From the NCBI GenBank assembly GCA_036172245.1, contig JAYWIR010000018.1:186001-250000 (forward strand): a stretch of 64,000 nucleotides of DNA. The letters run 5' to 3'. Of this stretch, positions 35,101 through 48,154 are shown one piece after another. Position 1 is the stretch's first letter, and every line of letters starts with the position of its first letter. The position numbers and the translations under genes were made by a program. Source of the stretch: Raillietiella orientalis. Lineage: Eukaryota. The notes beneath the pieces were generated by a model, which searched no databases, was not told the origin of the DNA, and saw only the letters and a list, made by a program, of their open reading frames with translations.

Positions 35101-38100
35101 AAGAGCACTGATTGTAGGAGAGCACGGGAGTTGGTGTCAAGAAGCAGTACACGTTTCCCTGCTCCTCAAGTGCCCTAGACTCTCTTCATGCGCTGGCTGA
35201 TTCGACGGTGCGTAGAGGCGAAGGAAGATGGAAAGGAAGATGAGTGGCCGGTAGTCAAGGAGACTTCTTTCAGCGCTCGTGGCAACTCCCGTATTCCACG
35301 ATGCATGTGGTGCCCTGCTTTCTCCGGTCCCGCTCGAAGCTTCCGTTTCTTGCTCTCGTGCCCGCGTCTCTGTAGGTCCTGGAGCTGCTTGCGCGATCGG
35401 AGACGCGGACAGATCTTGAGAGGACCGAGCTACACGATCGGCTGCCCCGCATCATAGCGAACTGCTGTATGTGCCTGAAACCTCTGCAGGAAGATGGACC
35501 TTTCAGCTGGAGACGGAGGGAATCGTCTGGCACCTGCGGACCCTAATCTCAGCACGGAAATCAGTCATCCGCGTTGCCTCTCGCTGCAGCTGCTGTGGCC
35601 AAGACAACATCGAAGTGGCCGGGCCAAGACGGCAACGCTGAGAACGCCTACTTACCCTTCCCATTCCCTCTTCCCTGGGTTTTCTGCCTGCATGACTGCA
35701 ACCGGGCCTTGCCGTCGAAAAACGCTGTGTGAAGTGTCTTAGGGGAGCAGGTGCAATCGGGGCGCGTTGCAGGCGAGTCCAAAGAGATTCCCCATTCGTG
35801 CGCTGCAAAGCACAGCGCTGACAGCACGCTTTGGTCTTAGGTTCAAACAAGTCTTGGTAGGAGAGCCTAGCTTGGCTCGGAGCTGTGCTCCCAAGACCCG
35901 AGCTGCTGCTCCGGGATTGGAGAGGACTCAAGTGTCTTTAAGACATGGGAGAAGGACAAAGGCAAAACAAAGCGGCAATCCAACACTCCACGGCATATAT
36001 CCTGACCAATTGTGAACTCCTGAGTCACTCAGGGCAAATTCCTCTTGAAAGCTGTAACTGCCGCGTTACCTTCTTCTTCCCGCATCATCGTGGAAGTTCA
36101 CTTAGCAGTTTTCACCGCTAACTGCTATTCAGTTCCAGAAGAAACTCTTGCGTGCTCACGAAAAGATACTGATCACTGGAGACGTGAGACATTCTGATTC
36201 ATTCGTGGTATTGTAGCTTCAGAATCCCGACTTTCATGTTAGAGATGGACACTGAATGAGGCAATCCCTTGGCGCGGTAAAGCAAGGAGCACCGCAGATA
36301 TTCCGCCTTGCAAGAAATCGCGCAGATAGAGGTCCTGAGAAGAGCTGCAGTGTTCCATCCCAATTTACAGCGCAGCAAGTATGGGGTAAGATGAGCACTC
36401 TGAGGACCTGTGTGAGATGCAAGGGCTTTCGATCGACAAAGAGAAAGGCGATAAGGAAAATTAAACCATGAAAAGTCTGAGCATGCGCGGCGACGGCAAT
36501 GTTGCTGCATCGTTCTCGGAAGTCCCTACTCGACATTGGAATCATCAGAACGTGGGGCACGCACATGGCGCGGAAACTGCGTTAGCAAATGAGGCAAACC
36601 TCTCGAAGACGGTTCCCTCTTCCCCCAACTGCTACACATGATCGCGTTCGTGTGCCGAGGCGGTGGCACCAAGTGTTGAACTCCGCAATTGCTACCATGC
36701 ATTTGTCTGCTGAATTGCCCCCTTGGTTTCGGAACTGCCACAAGGCGAAACTGGGAAGGAGAAAATACTCCTGATCTTGATGGTTGCCCTAATGAATCGA
36801 CGCAAATGAGGGCAGCAAATGCTGCTGACAGTGTTGGCAACGTTCTCCCACGGAATCACTAGGGAAGTACGATATACGTTTCCAAGCTCTCAATCCAACG
36901 CTAGACTAGAGCTTTGAAATGACGACTTCTCTGGAAAGCTAGAACTTTTCCACAATAGTGGACTGTGTCGAGTTTACCCGACCTTCCTTCTTTTTTTTTA
37001 ATCTGAACGCTGAACCGAGTCGCCAGCTGCGAAACGAAGGTATGCCCGACATGTACGAAGGACAGCTTTTGAAGACACATCGTAACAGAAGGGCCAGGGT
37101 TTACGAATCTACTACTTTAATTATCTGGTTAGTTGAAATCAACCGCCGATGCAGGTGCGCTCATTTGATAGGAGCAAATTTTAAGCGCTTTAATGCAATG
37201 ACTTGTCCAGTCCAAGGAAATAAATCGATGGCAACCGTCGTCTCGATGCTACGCTAGAATTCCATGACGATGATGCAGAACGGATGGATTGCTCTGCTAA
37301 CCTGGATAATCACAAAGTGGGGAACGGCAATTTTTAAAGCTAATTTACACTGGCGTAAATCCGCCATCCAAGTCCCTTCCGAGATCCATGATAAGCATCA
37401 GTTCGTGATCCTGCTGTAGTTCGAGATTGGCGTATAACGGCGTCGTTTCCCGTTCCTTTCCAAGAGGAGAACTAAGGCTTGATTAGCTGCTAAAGCTCGA
37501 TCGTTCTCATTGCAAATAAGAAGCAATAAAGTTCTCAAATGTTTTTCGGAATCCCAGTTTCCTCTGCTAGCACAGTTCGCACGTTCCCACCTTCACGTGT
37601 GGGAAACACATAAACCCACGACACGAGCGAAAGCCAATTTCTGTCGAGAAGAGGGTTCGGGTCGAGTGTGCCCCCCAAAACGCCCAACGCCCGCCCTTAC
37701 CTCTGGCTTGGAAACAACGAAATGCTCGAAAGCATCCTGCCCGCTTTCGATTTCGGACAAGGAACGGTGATGACAGGCGCCAATCATGGGCTAACGTTGT
37801 AACATTTCGTCCCAAAGTGAATTTCTAGTTGAATGGTAAGCCATGCAAGCGTGCTGCATGTTTGCCGTCTGCTAGCCAGAAGGTTCTAAACGTACAGCGC
37901 TTCCCAAGAACTTGAAGATCTGGAAGGGTACAAGAAAAAAGGCCATCCGAAGAAGACATCCGCTTAAGGCAGCACGCAGCTGCAGGGGGGGCCGCTTGCG
38001 AGGCCAATTACGATGCAGTCTACTGTTTCAACTTATGCCACGATTCATTCATCAACTGCTTTCTCCAGGATGTACTCATTATTTGCGATTTCATGTTAAA

Positions 38101-38566
38101 TAAACTTTTGAATGGATGAATGAATTCACAGGCATCTTGGGCTTGTTTTTTTCGCGTGGGTAAGGAAGAGGAAATTACTTTTATTGCTTGCAACATCGCA
38201 CATTAATCCATTCACGAATCTACTACTTTAATTCTCTGGTTACTTAAGTGGGTACATTCATTTGATAAAATAATGATACAATTTTAATGGAAAAACGTTT
38301 GATATTGTAAAACCCAACAAGAAGAGACGAAAACGTTGATCGTGTGCTTCTTCCCTCAATTTACAATGTGATATACATATGAAAATAGCAAAACAAATTT
38401 TAGTAAATGGGTGATTTTTTTTTTTCGGCATACTTTGCATACTATGCATGCACATTGGAGATATGATCAGTTACAAACTTCTATGCTGCATTTTACACAA
38501 TGAGGATAGCTTAAAGTTCAGATTCTAGGGGCTGAGCTGAGAAGCAGGTTCTCATAAACGTAAGAA

Positions 38567-40142
38567 CTAATTGCCCATCGCATAAATACGTGTCCATTCA
38601 CGAGCATTACGAATAGCTTCACTTTCATTAACTTTCCATAATTCAGCTACATCATTAGCTAATGGATCATCTGGATTAGGAGCACTCAACAATGCTTGAA
38701 TAGACAACAACACAGTTCGAATTTGTAATGCTGGACTCCATTTATCTTCAAAGAAACACCCAATTAACAAAACACTTTTGTAAATGTAACTCCCCTTTAT
38801 TACCTTTCAGAATATCGAGGCAAATTCTGCCCAGTTTGTCGATATTGGGATGATAGATCTTGGTAACAAAACGTACTTTGGGAGCTGACATGGGATATTC
38901 TTCAGGAAGAAACAACTCAAGACGAAAAATACCTCCCTCAAATGGTGAACCTTCTGGTCCTACATTTAATAATGTCTTAAAACCCAGATGTTTTTCTTAG
39001 AAGGCTGCAGGTCACATTGATTTTAACAGGACATCCTCGAAAGAGCTCAGTGGCAAAGATTTGGCAAAGAGAAGATCTATTCTTTGCCACTGAGCTCTTT
39101 CGAGGATGTTCTGTTAAAATCAGTGTGACCTGCACATCTTAGGATCTTAATTTTAGTCTCTTACCAGCAACAACAACATGGAAATATCTAGCATTCTGTT
39201 CATCAGGCACAGCACTAATACCAGGAACAGGTTCAGCCATTAAGCGCTGCGTTTCCTTAAAAAGCATTAAACATTTGTATTAATTCTCTTCTATATTCGG
39301 AGAATGAATCCCTTCCCACATTACAACGTTACCAGTTTCCTAGGAAACCTTATCTTGATGATACTAATCTAAAAAGCAAATGATTTAACCCAAAAGTTAT
39401 AATTACATTCTTTTGGAAGCACTTTTATTCAATCTGTTTACTGAAATTCACTAGGAATCTAGAAGCAAGTATTACATAAGTTTATTAATATGATGGATAT
39501 TTCTGGAGGATATAAACTATATATTAATCAAGAAGCTACCTTTCAAATAATGCTGATTCTTTAAATACTTAGGTCAAATGTACAAAATTTTTATTCATGC
39601 TTTCTTTTTGTTTTATTATTGCTAGACAGGCACTTAAACACACCAAAATAATGATGAACTTGTTGTATCATCTCTATGCTTGACTTGCCACCTATACACA
39701 ATCAAATGAATAAAATGACTGATGAAAGATTGGTTGCTCACTATCTTTACATTAAATTGAATTAACTTAAGGACATGAAGAGGCAAAAGCACACAAACAT
39801 TGTAAATTAAGTATACTACTACATATCTAATCTGTACTTTCAATCAGACACTCTGACATGTTTTTTTATCAAATACATTACGATTTAAAAAATGCAAGCA
39901 TCTACATAACGCTATTTGTATGTAGCACATCAGCTTCGGGGAACTATTCAAACGGTAATTTGTGGGGAAACTAATGCATTATGGCAGTAGGCCGATCTCA
40001 TACGGACCATACCACAAGTAATACGCCTAATGATTTGATAATACACTGGAAACATGTAATTAACCTCAAGTATCAAAATCCTCAGCTTAACAGTAATTCT
40101 CACCTTAATTATTCTTCTAGGAAGACTACAATTGGCATTCAT
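38567..40142 (-). CDS. UBE2N: Ubiquitin-conjugating enzyme E2 N (Ubc13)
   Basis: Exons 40142-40104, 39255-39165, 38959-38804 and 38745-38567, all GT-AG and in frame. Protein reads [98 protein letters not shown]. Confidence 0.97.
38972..39134. repeat. Intronic fold-back: 54-bp inverted arms (39006-39059 / 39081-39134) with a 21-nt loop, derived from LINE sequence at 43079-43166
   Basis: The arms match at 52/54. 38972-39059 is the reverse complement of 43079-43166 at 83/88. Confidence 0.95.
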
Positions 40143-43078
40143 TTTTAATTAGTTACCTATGCTGGTACATACTCCCGAGACTCGACGAAAACTGCTTGAA
40201 TGATTAAAGTGTTGCCAATATTTCTTGATCGATTTGAATTTGTGTGTGTGTAGATATGTCTCCAAAGTAACTAATGAGCTAATCAAAGTGAGTAATGAAT
40301 AAATAAATATTAGCATCGCGTAATTTTAACAACAATGATGATTCCATGTTTCAACGCATACAATTTTATTTCTCAATGAAATCACTACTTCTATCCGATA
40401 GGTATTTGTGTACTCCGTTTTCATGACCAAACATTATTCACGGTTTCTTTTACCTTTCAATTGCTTTTCAATGTTAAATCAGTATTGAAAAAAAACCTTT
40501 ACATTCTCATGTGCAGAAAACTATTCTCTGGAGGGATTAACTTTAAATTTAGACTTCGGCTACGTACAATAGTTTTTACTTTTAAAAGGATTAACAAAGT
40601 CAAGATGAGCAATGACGTTTCCTTAAAGAATAAAGCACATTCATATATCAATAAATAATAATGAAAAACATTATGGAATGACTATTTCTTCAAATCAGAA
40701 AATAAAACTGCTGGACCTGTAATAGCTTTAAAGACGGATTTATAAACTGATACTCCATAGATGATGCTTCATAGATGTTTATAAGATACAGAAATGCTTT
40801 CTAAAAGCATCTTCCATCAATTGATCACTGAAGAGAACTAAGACTTTGTTAAATAAGCACATTCTAATATTTAACATTTGAATGCACGCCTCCTCCGATC
40901 TCTTCATCTGTTCTCAGGCTGTGGTTTCCATCTGTACAGCACACGCAGAAAAATGGAAAAACAAGGGAACTTCCTCAGAGACTACGCTTCATCGTCTTCC
41001 ATAGCTTTCCTGGAGAGGAAAGAAGCACCCAACTCTGAAATAGAAAAACAGAGAGATGGAAGCGGTAAGTTTCCGTGTTCTTCCCGAAGGACAAAAAATC
41101 ACCGGAAGTTTTTTTCCCTCGCTCTGAGGTTGCCGCCGCTCCTTTTCTACCTTGTGATTCTGAGGAATAGTGCCTTGGGCGACAGAAGATTCTCCCTGTA
41201 GCAGAACCAAATCTGCTAAAATCTGCCGATTTTCTACGAAAATACTGAATGCTTTCCCATTCATCTTCTATTAGTGATCTCTGTTTACCTCTTGATACTC
41301 TTTGAAGCTGCTCAAGAAGCTATGTCTCAAGATGCTTTCCTCAAGGAATAGGAGAGTTTCTCCCATTGAAGTATCCCCATGTAAGAGTAGAAACACGTAG
41401 ACCACGAGTAACAGGCGAAAAAAAAAATGTACAGGACGAGTGACGATGGAATGTTTTTTTCGTTAGCTGTTAGGAGGTTTTTGTTTTAGGAGGGTTTGTC
41501 AATGTTGTTATGAGCTCATGGCAACTCTGGAAAGCGGACTTGCTGCGACCGCTTGAGGCTGTCCTCCCTTGGAGGCTGTTGCGAGGGCCTTCGGGAAGTC
41601 ATTTAACGTGTTATCATTGACACGCGAGCGAGTTGAGGTGCTCTGCTGTGCTGTCGTTTCCCTTCGCGTCTTTTTCCAAGGGAGATGGGATCATGACGAT
41701 CCCTTCGCTGACCGGCAGAATACGAAGACCTCAAGGAACCTTGAAAGTAAAGTACCTGCGTGATGTGCGGAAACACCTTGTACTCGCAAATTGGTACACG
41801 ATTTCTTGACATTTTCACAATTCAAACGCTTCGGCGTTAGGTCGCTTCACAACCAATTTGCACAGTGCAGAGATTGGACCGGGCTCACGCTTTACTTTCC
41901 CCTCTGAAATCCTTCCTGTAAGACAGACTATGATTTGCGAGTTGTGGAGGCGTTTCAGAAAAAACTTGCTGAAATGGGAAATCTGAATTTGTACCAGAGT
42001 TGCAGAAGAGTGGAGAAAGAACCCAGCAAAGAGAAAGTGTCACTAGGATTATGAAAGACAGGAAATGATTCTTTATTCTGGATTCGCTGCTACGAACAAC
42101 AGTTGGCATCTTGTAACATAAACATTGACATATGTGACCGAATCAGCCACTGTTTCGGTTATCATTTTGCTTTTTCGCATCGAATGTCACGGAAATAAAC
42201 GCCGTGGGCTCTTCCGGCACCTCTGCATGCATAAACATATGATAAACTGGTGATCAGAAAGGTTGCTGGCACAGCTGGAAATGCTGGAAAATGAAAGTAT
42301 GTGGATGCACAGGAAAAATGCGTGCCCGATAAGCAGGCTCACCTTAGGCATACAGTAGGCCTGGGAATCTGGGGAAACCTTTACTCGTGCTTCGCTGTGT
42401 TTACGAAAAGATCTGTAGAAGTCTTACAGCTTTATGGAGGCAATCGTGATTCCAAGACAACTCATGCTGGTGATTTTGGTGAACTGAATTTTGCCGGTTT
42501 TCTTGCATGCATTTGATAATCAGCAACCGATGCTATGTTTATCTTTTGTTTTGTCATTCGGGAAATGTTGAAACGACCGATGTTTTTTGCATGATTGCTT
42601 TCTATTCGTGACATTGCATTTGAAGAATGCTATTACGGTTTTCGATATTCCGATGTCAGCTGCGAAAAAAACTTGGTGTTCTTTTATCAGGGCGTTTGTG
42701 AGGTTTCACATGTATTGATTTTGCTGCATTTTATTTTTCCCCAGTCTGTAAAATAGTGGAAATCTTGCGTTGATTAACGCCGACCTTGGTGATTCAGTGT
42801 TTATCCTTAAAGACCGCCAACTCAGGCGGCCACGACGGTCAGTCTAGGATGGGCCCACAGCACAGCGGATGCTGATGTGGTGGTGCCTGCCGCATGGAAG
42901 ATTTGGTGGAACAGCGCACAGAGTGGAATCAAACGCTACTATAGTTCTGGTCTATGATGGCTGCAACGAGCGCCTTTGCTCTCCTAGCAACGGGTCCTCT
43001 TTCTCGTGTGTTCCTTAATGCCCGTTTTTCGGAGTGCATGTAGACAAAAGTACGTATAAGAGTTTGCGGAATTTTTTT

Positions 43079-43900
43079 TCTTTGCCACTGAGCTCCTTCG
43101 AGGATGTCCTGTTAAAATCAGTGTGACCTGCAGCCTTCTAAGAAAAGCGTCTGGGTTTTAAGGCATCTGGGAAAGCAGTTTCTTCACCATCTCGTAGTAA
43201 TCTCTGAGAAAACAGGGAATTCCAGCTCTGTCTGCTCTGAGGAGGAGCATCCGGAAGCTCAAGACAAAGCATTGGTGCAGTGGAAGTTGTAGGTCTGTGT
43301 AGGAGTGCCACTGTCGCGGAAGCTGGCGCAACCCGAGTCTCTGATGCTTCAGCCCAATTGGATAAATTCCCTTGTCCGTGTTTCCTTCTACAAAACCTGG
43401 TGATAAGGTGCTCCATTCCTTCCTCTCCGTGGATCCCGAACAACTGATTGGTCCGTGGGGAAAGTGCCCTGCACCCGGCAGTCCAGCCAACATTCCGGCA
43501 TATTTTTCTTCCCGCATACTTTCCCATCCGATCCTGGAACACGCGTCTCTTCTTTCTTTCTTTGCTGCGGGTCGAATCTGTGGAACTCACCTGGTCTCGA
43601 GTCAGGAACTGCGTTCCGCCACACTGACTTCAAGGGGAACTTCCCGATCCTTACTCTAGGAGTGCTCCGCACATGGGAGAGACCTTCGCTTCTCCTCTTC
43701 TCGGGCGCAGCAGCGGGTGGTTCCAGGTAGACGCGCTCATCGATGTTTCCAGGGCAGTCCACCCCGCCGCTTGTGCTCCGAGAAGGGTTCTTCCGCGCGG
43801 TTCCCCTTATGGCTCCTAGAAGCAGTTGCGAGCGGCACTGATCTGCAGTTTGCTCCACCCCGGAGCAGTGCCGCCTCTCAGTAAGACCGCGGGGAGCATC
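43079..43900 (-). mobile_element. Decayed L1/Tx1-like ORF2 fragment (end of RT and post-RT region); donor of the UBC13 intron hairpin
   Basis: HLITRF, QRLGLRQL and IPCFLRDYYE resemble the post-RT region. The terminal part resembles 16600-16725 at the nucleotide level. Confidence 0.55.
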
Positions 43901-46900
43901 CGCTGCGTGAAAGGATAGGCAGAGTCACTCTGAAAAGAGGTCATCCGAGAGCTACCAGACTTGCTTTTCCTACTCGGGAGAAACGACGTGGGCATGACGT
44001 GATCTATATCGGAGTGAAGATCAAGGGAGCGAACTCTTCCCCTTCAACCCCTCTCTCTCCCTCTCCTTTCCCTTCTCGCCTGCCGATCGAGGGAGTTCTT
44101 GCGGTGATGGTGGGTGGTGCAACCCTGTTTTTACCTCTCCTTCGGCCTTTCCTTCAGTCTGGGCACGCCCGGCCCAGCCTGCCGAAAGGAAAGCGCTGCT
44201 GTCTCCCGATCTTGCCTATCTTTACCAAGCGGAATCGCATTGCCTTATGGATGACGCCTTCAAACTGCCTGAGGGTGCACGCTGTCGTCAGACCTTACTG
44301 CTCTGTCCTTTTCCCAGGTTTCTTGCTCGGACAAAGTGTTCCCTCATTCGTGCAGGAAGCTGCGCCTTCCCGCTTTCGCTCCTTCCAAACTTTTGCTCCC
44401 TCTTTTCATTTCTTCATTTCACTAGGTCCACGGACAAGCATCTGAGGAAGCAGTATATCTGTGGTTTGGGGAGCAAACCGAGAGGAAGAGAAACTCATGC
44501 AGCGCGCCTGCATCTTTAGAAAGTTCCGTCTCCTCTTTTCCGTTAGTAGCAGACATGACCATTTGTCTTTCGTGAACATAATCAACTTCGCCCTCCTCAA
44601 GACTTCAAGGAGTGACCTCGAGGAAGTGAGGAAGATTTTCCTTCCTGAGAGCAGAAAGAGAGCGGGTGCGGTACATGTGCGATTTTAGAAAAGTTTAGGT
44701 TTGATTTCCAGTTGACCTGCTTTTAGAGACAAGTTCTCTTGCAACAGAACGGAGTCGTCAGCTTTCTTCCCTAAGAGAAAAAGGGCACCCTCGCTGTTCT
44801 AGTGGTCTTTGGAAAGGGGAACTTCCCCCTCAATCTCTTTTGGAGACATATCCTGGCTCGAAGATAGCGCATCGGGATACTACTAGCCCTTTCAATCGAT
44901 AACAGTCCTTTTTGCTTGAATTCTCGTAGAGCCGCCTCAGCACCCAACTGCTTCCTTGTCCTTCTCAGACCATTCGAGAGATTTTGGAGCTCACCAGGAA
45001 GCAGTCTGCAGTGACCACTGCTGCGAGTAATAGGAGGAAAACAATCGGGGCAAGATCGTTTCAAAGACAGGGAGTTGCCCCGTTTTCGTGGAACCCTGAG
45101 ACCTAGCCTGGGCTTCGTTCCTTGCATTCATTGGGTAGAAAAACGAGGCACTGACAGTCCATTTGTAGCTAAGTTTCAGATTTGAGGAACGGATAGACAA
45201 GTAGTCTAGATAAACCATTCGAGACAAGAGTATGCTATGTATCTAAACGAGGGCATCGCCATTAGAAGGAAGATGATACCCCTCCTTTCAACGTGACAAT
45301 CGTTTCAGAATTGAAAAGCTCCCTTTTGGCAATAACTCGTAGCAAAGTCTTCAGAGTGTCTTCATCTTGTGTATAGCTGTAAGACGGAGTTTTGTGTCGT
45401 TCTCATTGAAGGATCATGTCCGTTCTCTGCAACAGCGAACGTAAAGGAAGATGGATAGTTATTGCCGATCACGATGAAACCTCACTATTATTGTGCGGTT
45501 CCGCTTGGAGGAAATAAAATTTAAATCCGAGGGGGATTTGTTTTTTGCTGGCTGCTCAAGGTGCACCTAAACTTCTACCTATCCAGATTCTGTAGAACTA
45601 TCGTTGGTTTCTAATGGTTCTGTAGGAATAGCTGATGGTTCTGGACTCCTTAACTCACTAATGAAACTCTCTATATTCTGGGGTTGCTGTCAGTTTTTTT
45701 GTTGCATTCTGCTTGTTAAGCAAGATTGCCGTTGATCTTAACTTGAGAAGCATTACCTAAAAATGAAGAGTCGTCTCTTTTAAAATCTGGAATCTTTGGA
45801 AAACTCAGTGGATTCAAGCAATAGAATCTATGCCTGCTGCTAATGTTGAGATCAGAGATGCTATGAAGTAGTTATTTAGAACATTTATGTAGATTCTTGA
45901 AAATCATGACTTGAAGAATTTCAACTTAAAACCTTGTCTCTAAAGATGGCGTTTTACTGTTCAAAGAATGATTTTACATTTATCCATGCCTCCGAAAACT
46001 TATTTGGTTTCCCAGTTCTTTCCTGGGCAATCACCTATTTGTTGATGATTTCAGTTTCCATCGTGTTCGCTTAGTTCTACTTTGGAAGCAGTGTGAACTT
46101 CGAACCACTTACAGGACAAATGGTTGCATATATTCGTTTTGCAAAATGTTGATCTCTTATATAAAAATGAAATGTTGAATACATTTTACAACTTCAACGT
46201 TCAGACCAATTGATCTTTTTTTTTTAAGATGAATTTCTGAACATCTTCAGAATTAACTTGTGCTTCAATGTATGGAAAATTCCATTTCCTCCAATGAATT
46301 TGAGCTATGTACTTTCAGATTATTCTGTTTATATCACTTTAAAAAATGCAAAAAAAATTTTACGCTAGCATCCCCCATTTTATTGTAAGGATTTTCTTCC
46401 GGTTTCTTCGAGAAAAACGTTGTGTACTCCTGTTTATTTGCTACATTTTCTCGTTGGGCTTAGATAGATGTGCTCCCGGGGGTTTTCTTCGCCAGCTCAT
46501 AAGATTTGATCTCGTTTAAAAATCATTCGCTACCACACTTTTGTTACACCTGGTGATTGTGACTATTGATACTAAAGAGATAGAGGGAGCAATTGTGTTT
46601 CAAAGGTTTCTGAGATAACTTATTGCCCTAATAGTAATAGTATACTGTTCAGCTCCTTTCCAAATAAATTCTTATGAAAACATGTGGAGATTAAAAAATT
46701 GAACAAGGATCCAGCCAGAGTTTACGAACCAGATATATTTACCAGCTGCTGAATGAAAAGTTAATTTAGTCAGCCAGAGCTCTTTTCGATGTACTGCAGA
46801 TACGAAATGAATTTTAAAGTAAAACACCCAAAGGGGTGAGATCCGAGATACGTATGTGGGCTAAAGTTTCGAATCGGACAGTAAGAGAAAACGTTTAGGC

Positions 46901-48154
46901 GAATCATTTAAATTCCCAGATGAAGTGCTCAGCATTTTAGAAATCAGATTTTTTTTTTTTTCTTAGTGGGAGTACTTGATTTTCCAGACGCTGGTATCCA
47001 TTGAAATGTCACATAAAACCATGACATGTAAATCGGTACGGACAACGTTCGTTCATGTGATTACGTTTGAACGTTCGTCTCCCTAATCCTAAGCCCGGTT
47101 TCAAGGAACGAATGTTTTGGTTTGGAAGGTCGTTTATTTGATCAGACTATGGCCGTTCTTTTTTTTCTTTTTCCCTGTGCTTTTTTGTCATTTGAAAAGT
47201 CGGCCTCCCTATCTGTTATCCTGCCGTGCACACCAAGTGACGGCGTGCAGCTAAAGGATAAGTGTTAACATGGATGTAAGCCGACTGAAATGTACGGCTT
47301 AGTTGGAGGTTCTTTTTCACTCTCGAAGATCGATTAACTAATTTTGAAATCAACATCAGGAAACAAAATCAGTGAGATGAAGAGAAACGTCTGTTCGGGT
47401 TATCCTAAGTGCTCGCTTACGGTGAAGTACTTGAAGCCAAACACTTGTAGTGAGGTGTGCCAAGCAGATGTACTGCTTTAAGAAAAATCAACAGTTCTTG
47501 CTGTTACCTGATTCATGGAACTGATGCTGTGAAGTGCGTTGATTTCAAAATTAGTTGATACGGATGAATTTTTGCAAGGATTTTCAGCCGAGAGAGCGTT
47601 TGTAATTTGACCTGGCAGCGACACCTTAACAAATGTTGAAACCCAACTTTTGGTATTTTTTTAGGAATTACCTAGGAATTACCGTGACATAATTCCAACA
47701 GTGAAAGTTTTGTGCCCGTAATTTAATTATGATGATGAATAGAACCCCAAACTATGCTAGATAGTAAAAAACTAAATGGTAATTACTTGCTATCAATTTT
47801 TGCAGATTTCGTCTGTGCAAATGAATGGATGCCCACACAGATTGAAATAGACCTATCCCGAACGTTTAGAGTTTTAGCATATGAAAAGTGCAAAATTGCA
47901 AAAAACTCTTCGATAAGTGAATTTAAATGTGAAAGGTTTTACAGGTTTTTCACCAAACTTTTGTGAAGAATATTTATTGTAGGGAATATACAATAATTAT
48001 GTTTCACCATGCAGATATGTAATGCATGCATAATGAAATATGAACAGTGCATATGCCAAGTGTTGAATGTTTTAATTGTAGCTGATATGTTGTAGGTTGT
48101 CGTTGGAAGTTTGTTTGCTGGCTAATTTCTTTATCAAAGTGGACTGTTAGGCGA

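Noticed and set aside
38972..39134. MITE
   Set aside because: The arms derive from internal LINE ORF2 sequence, are asymmetric in extent (88 vs 54 bp) and no TSD was seen.
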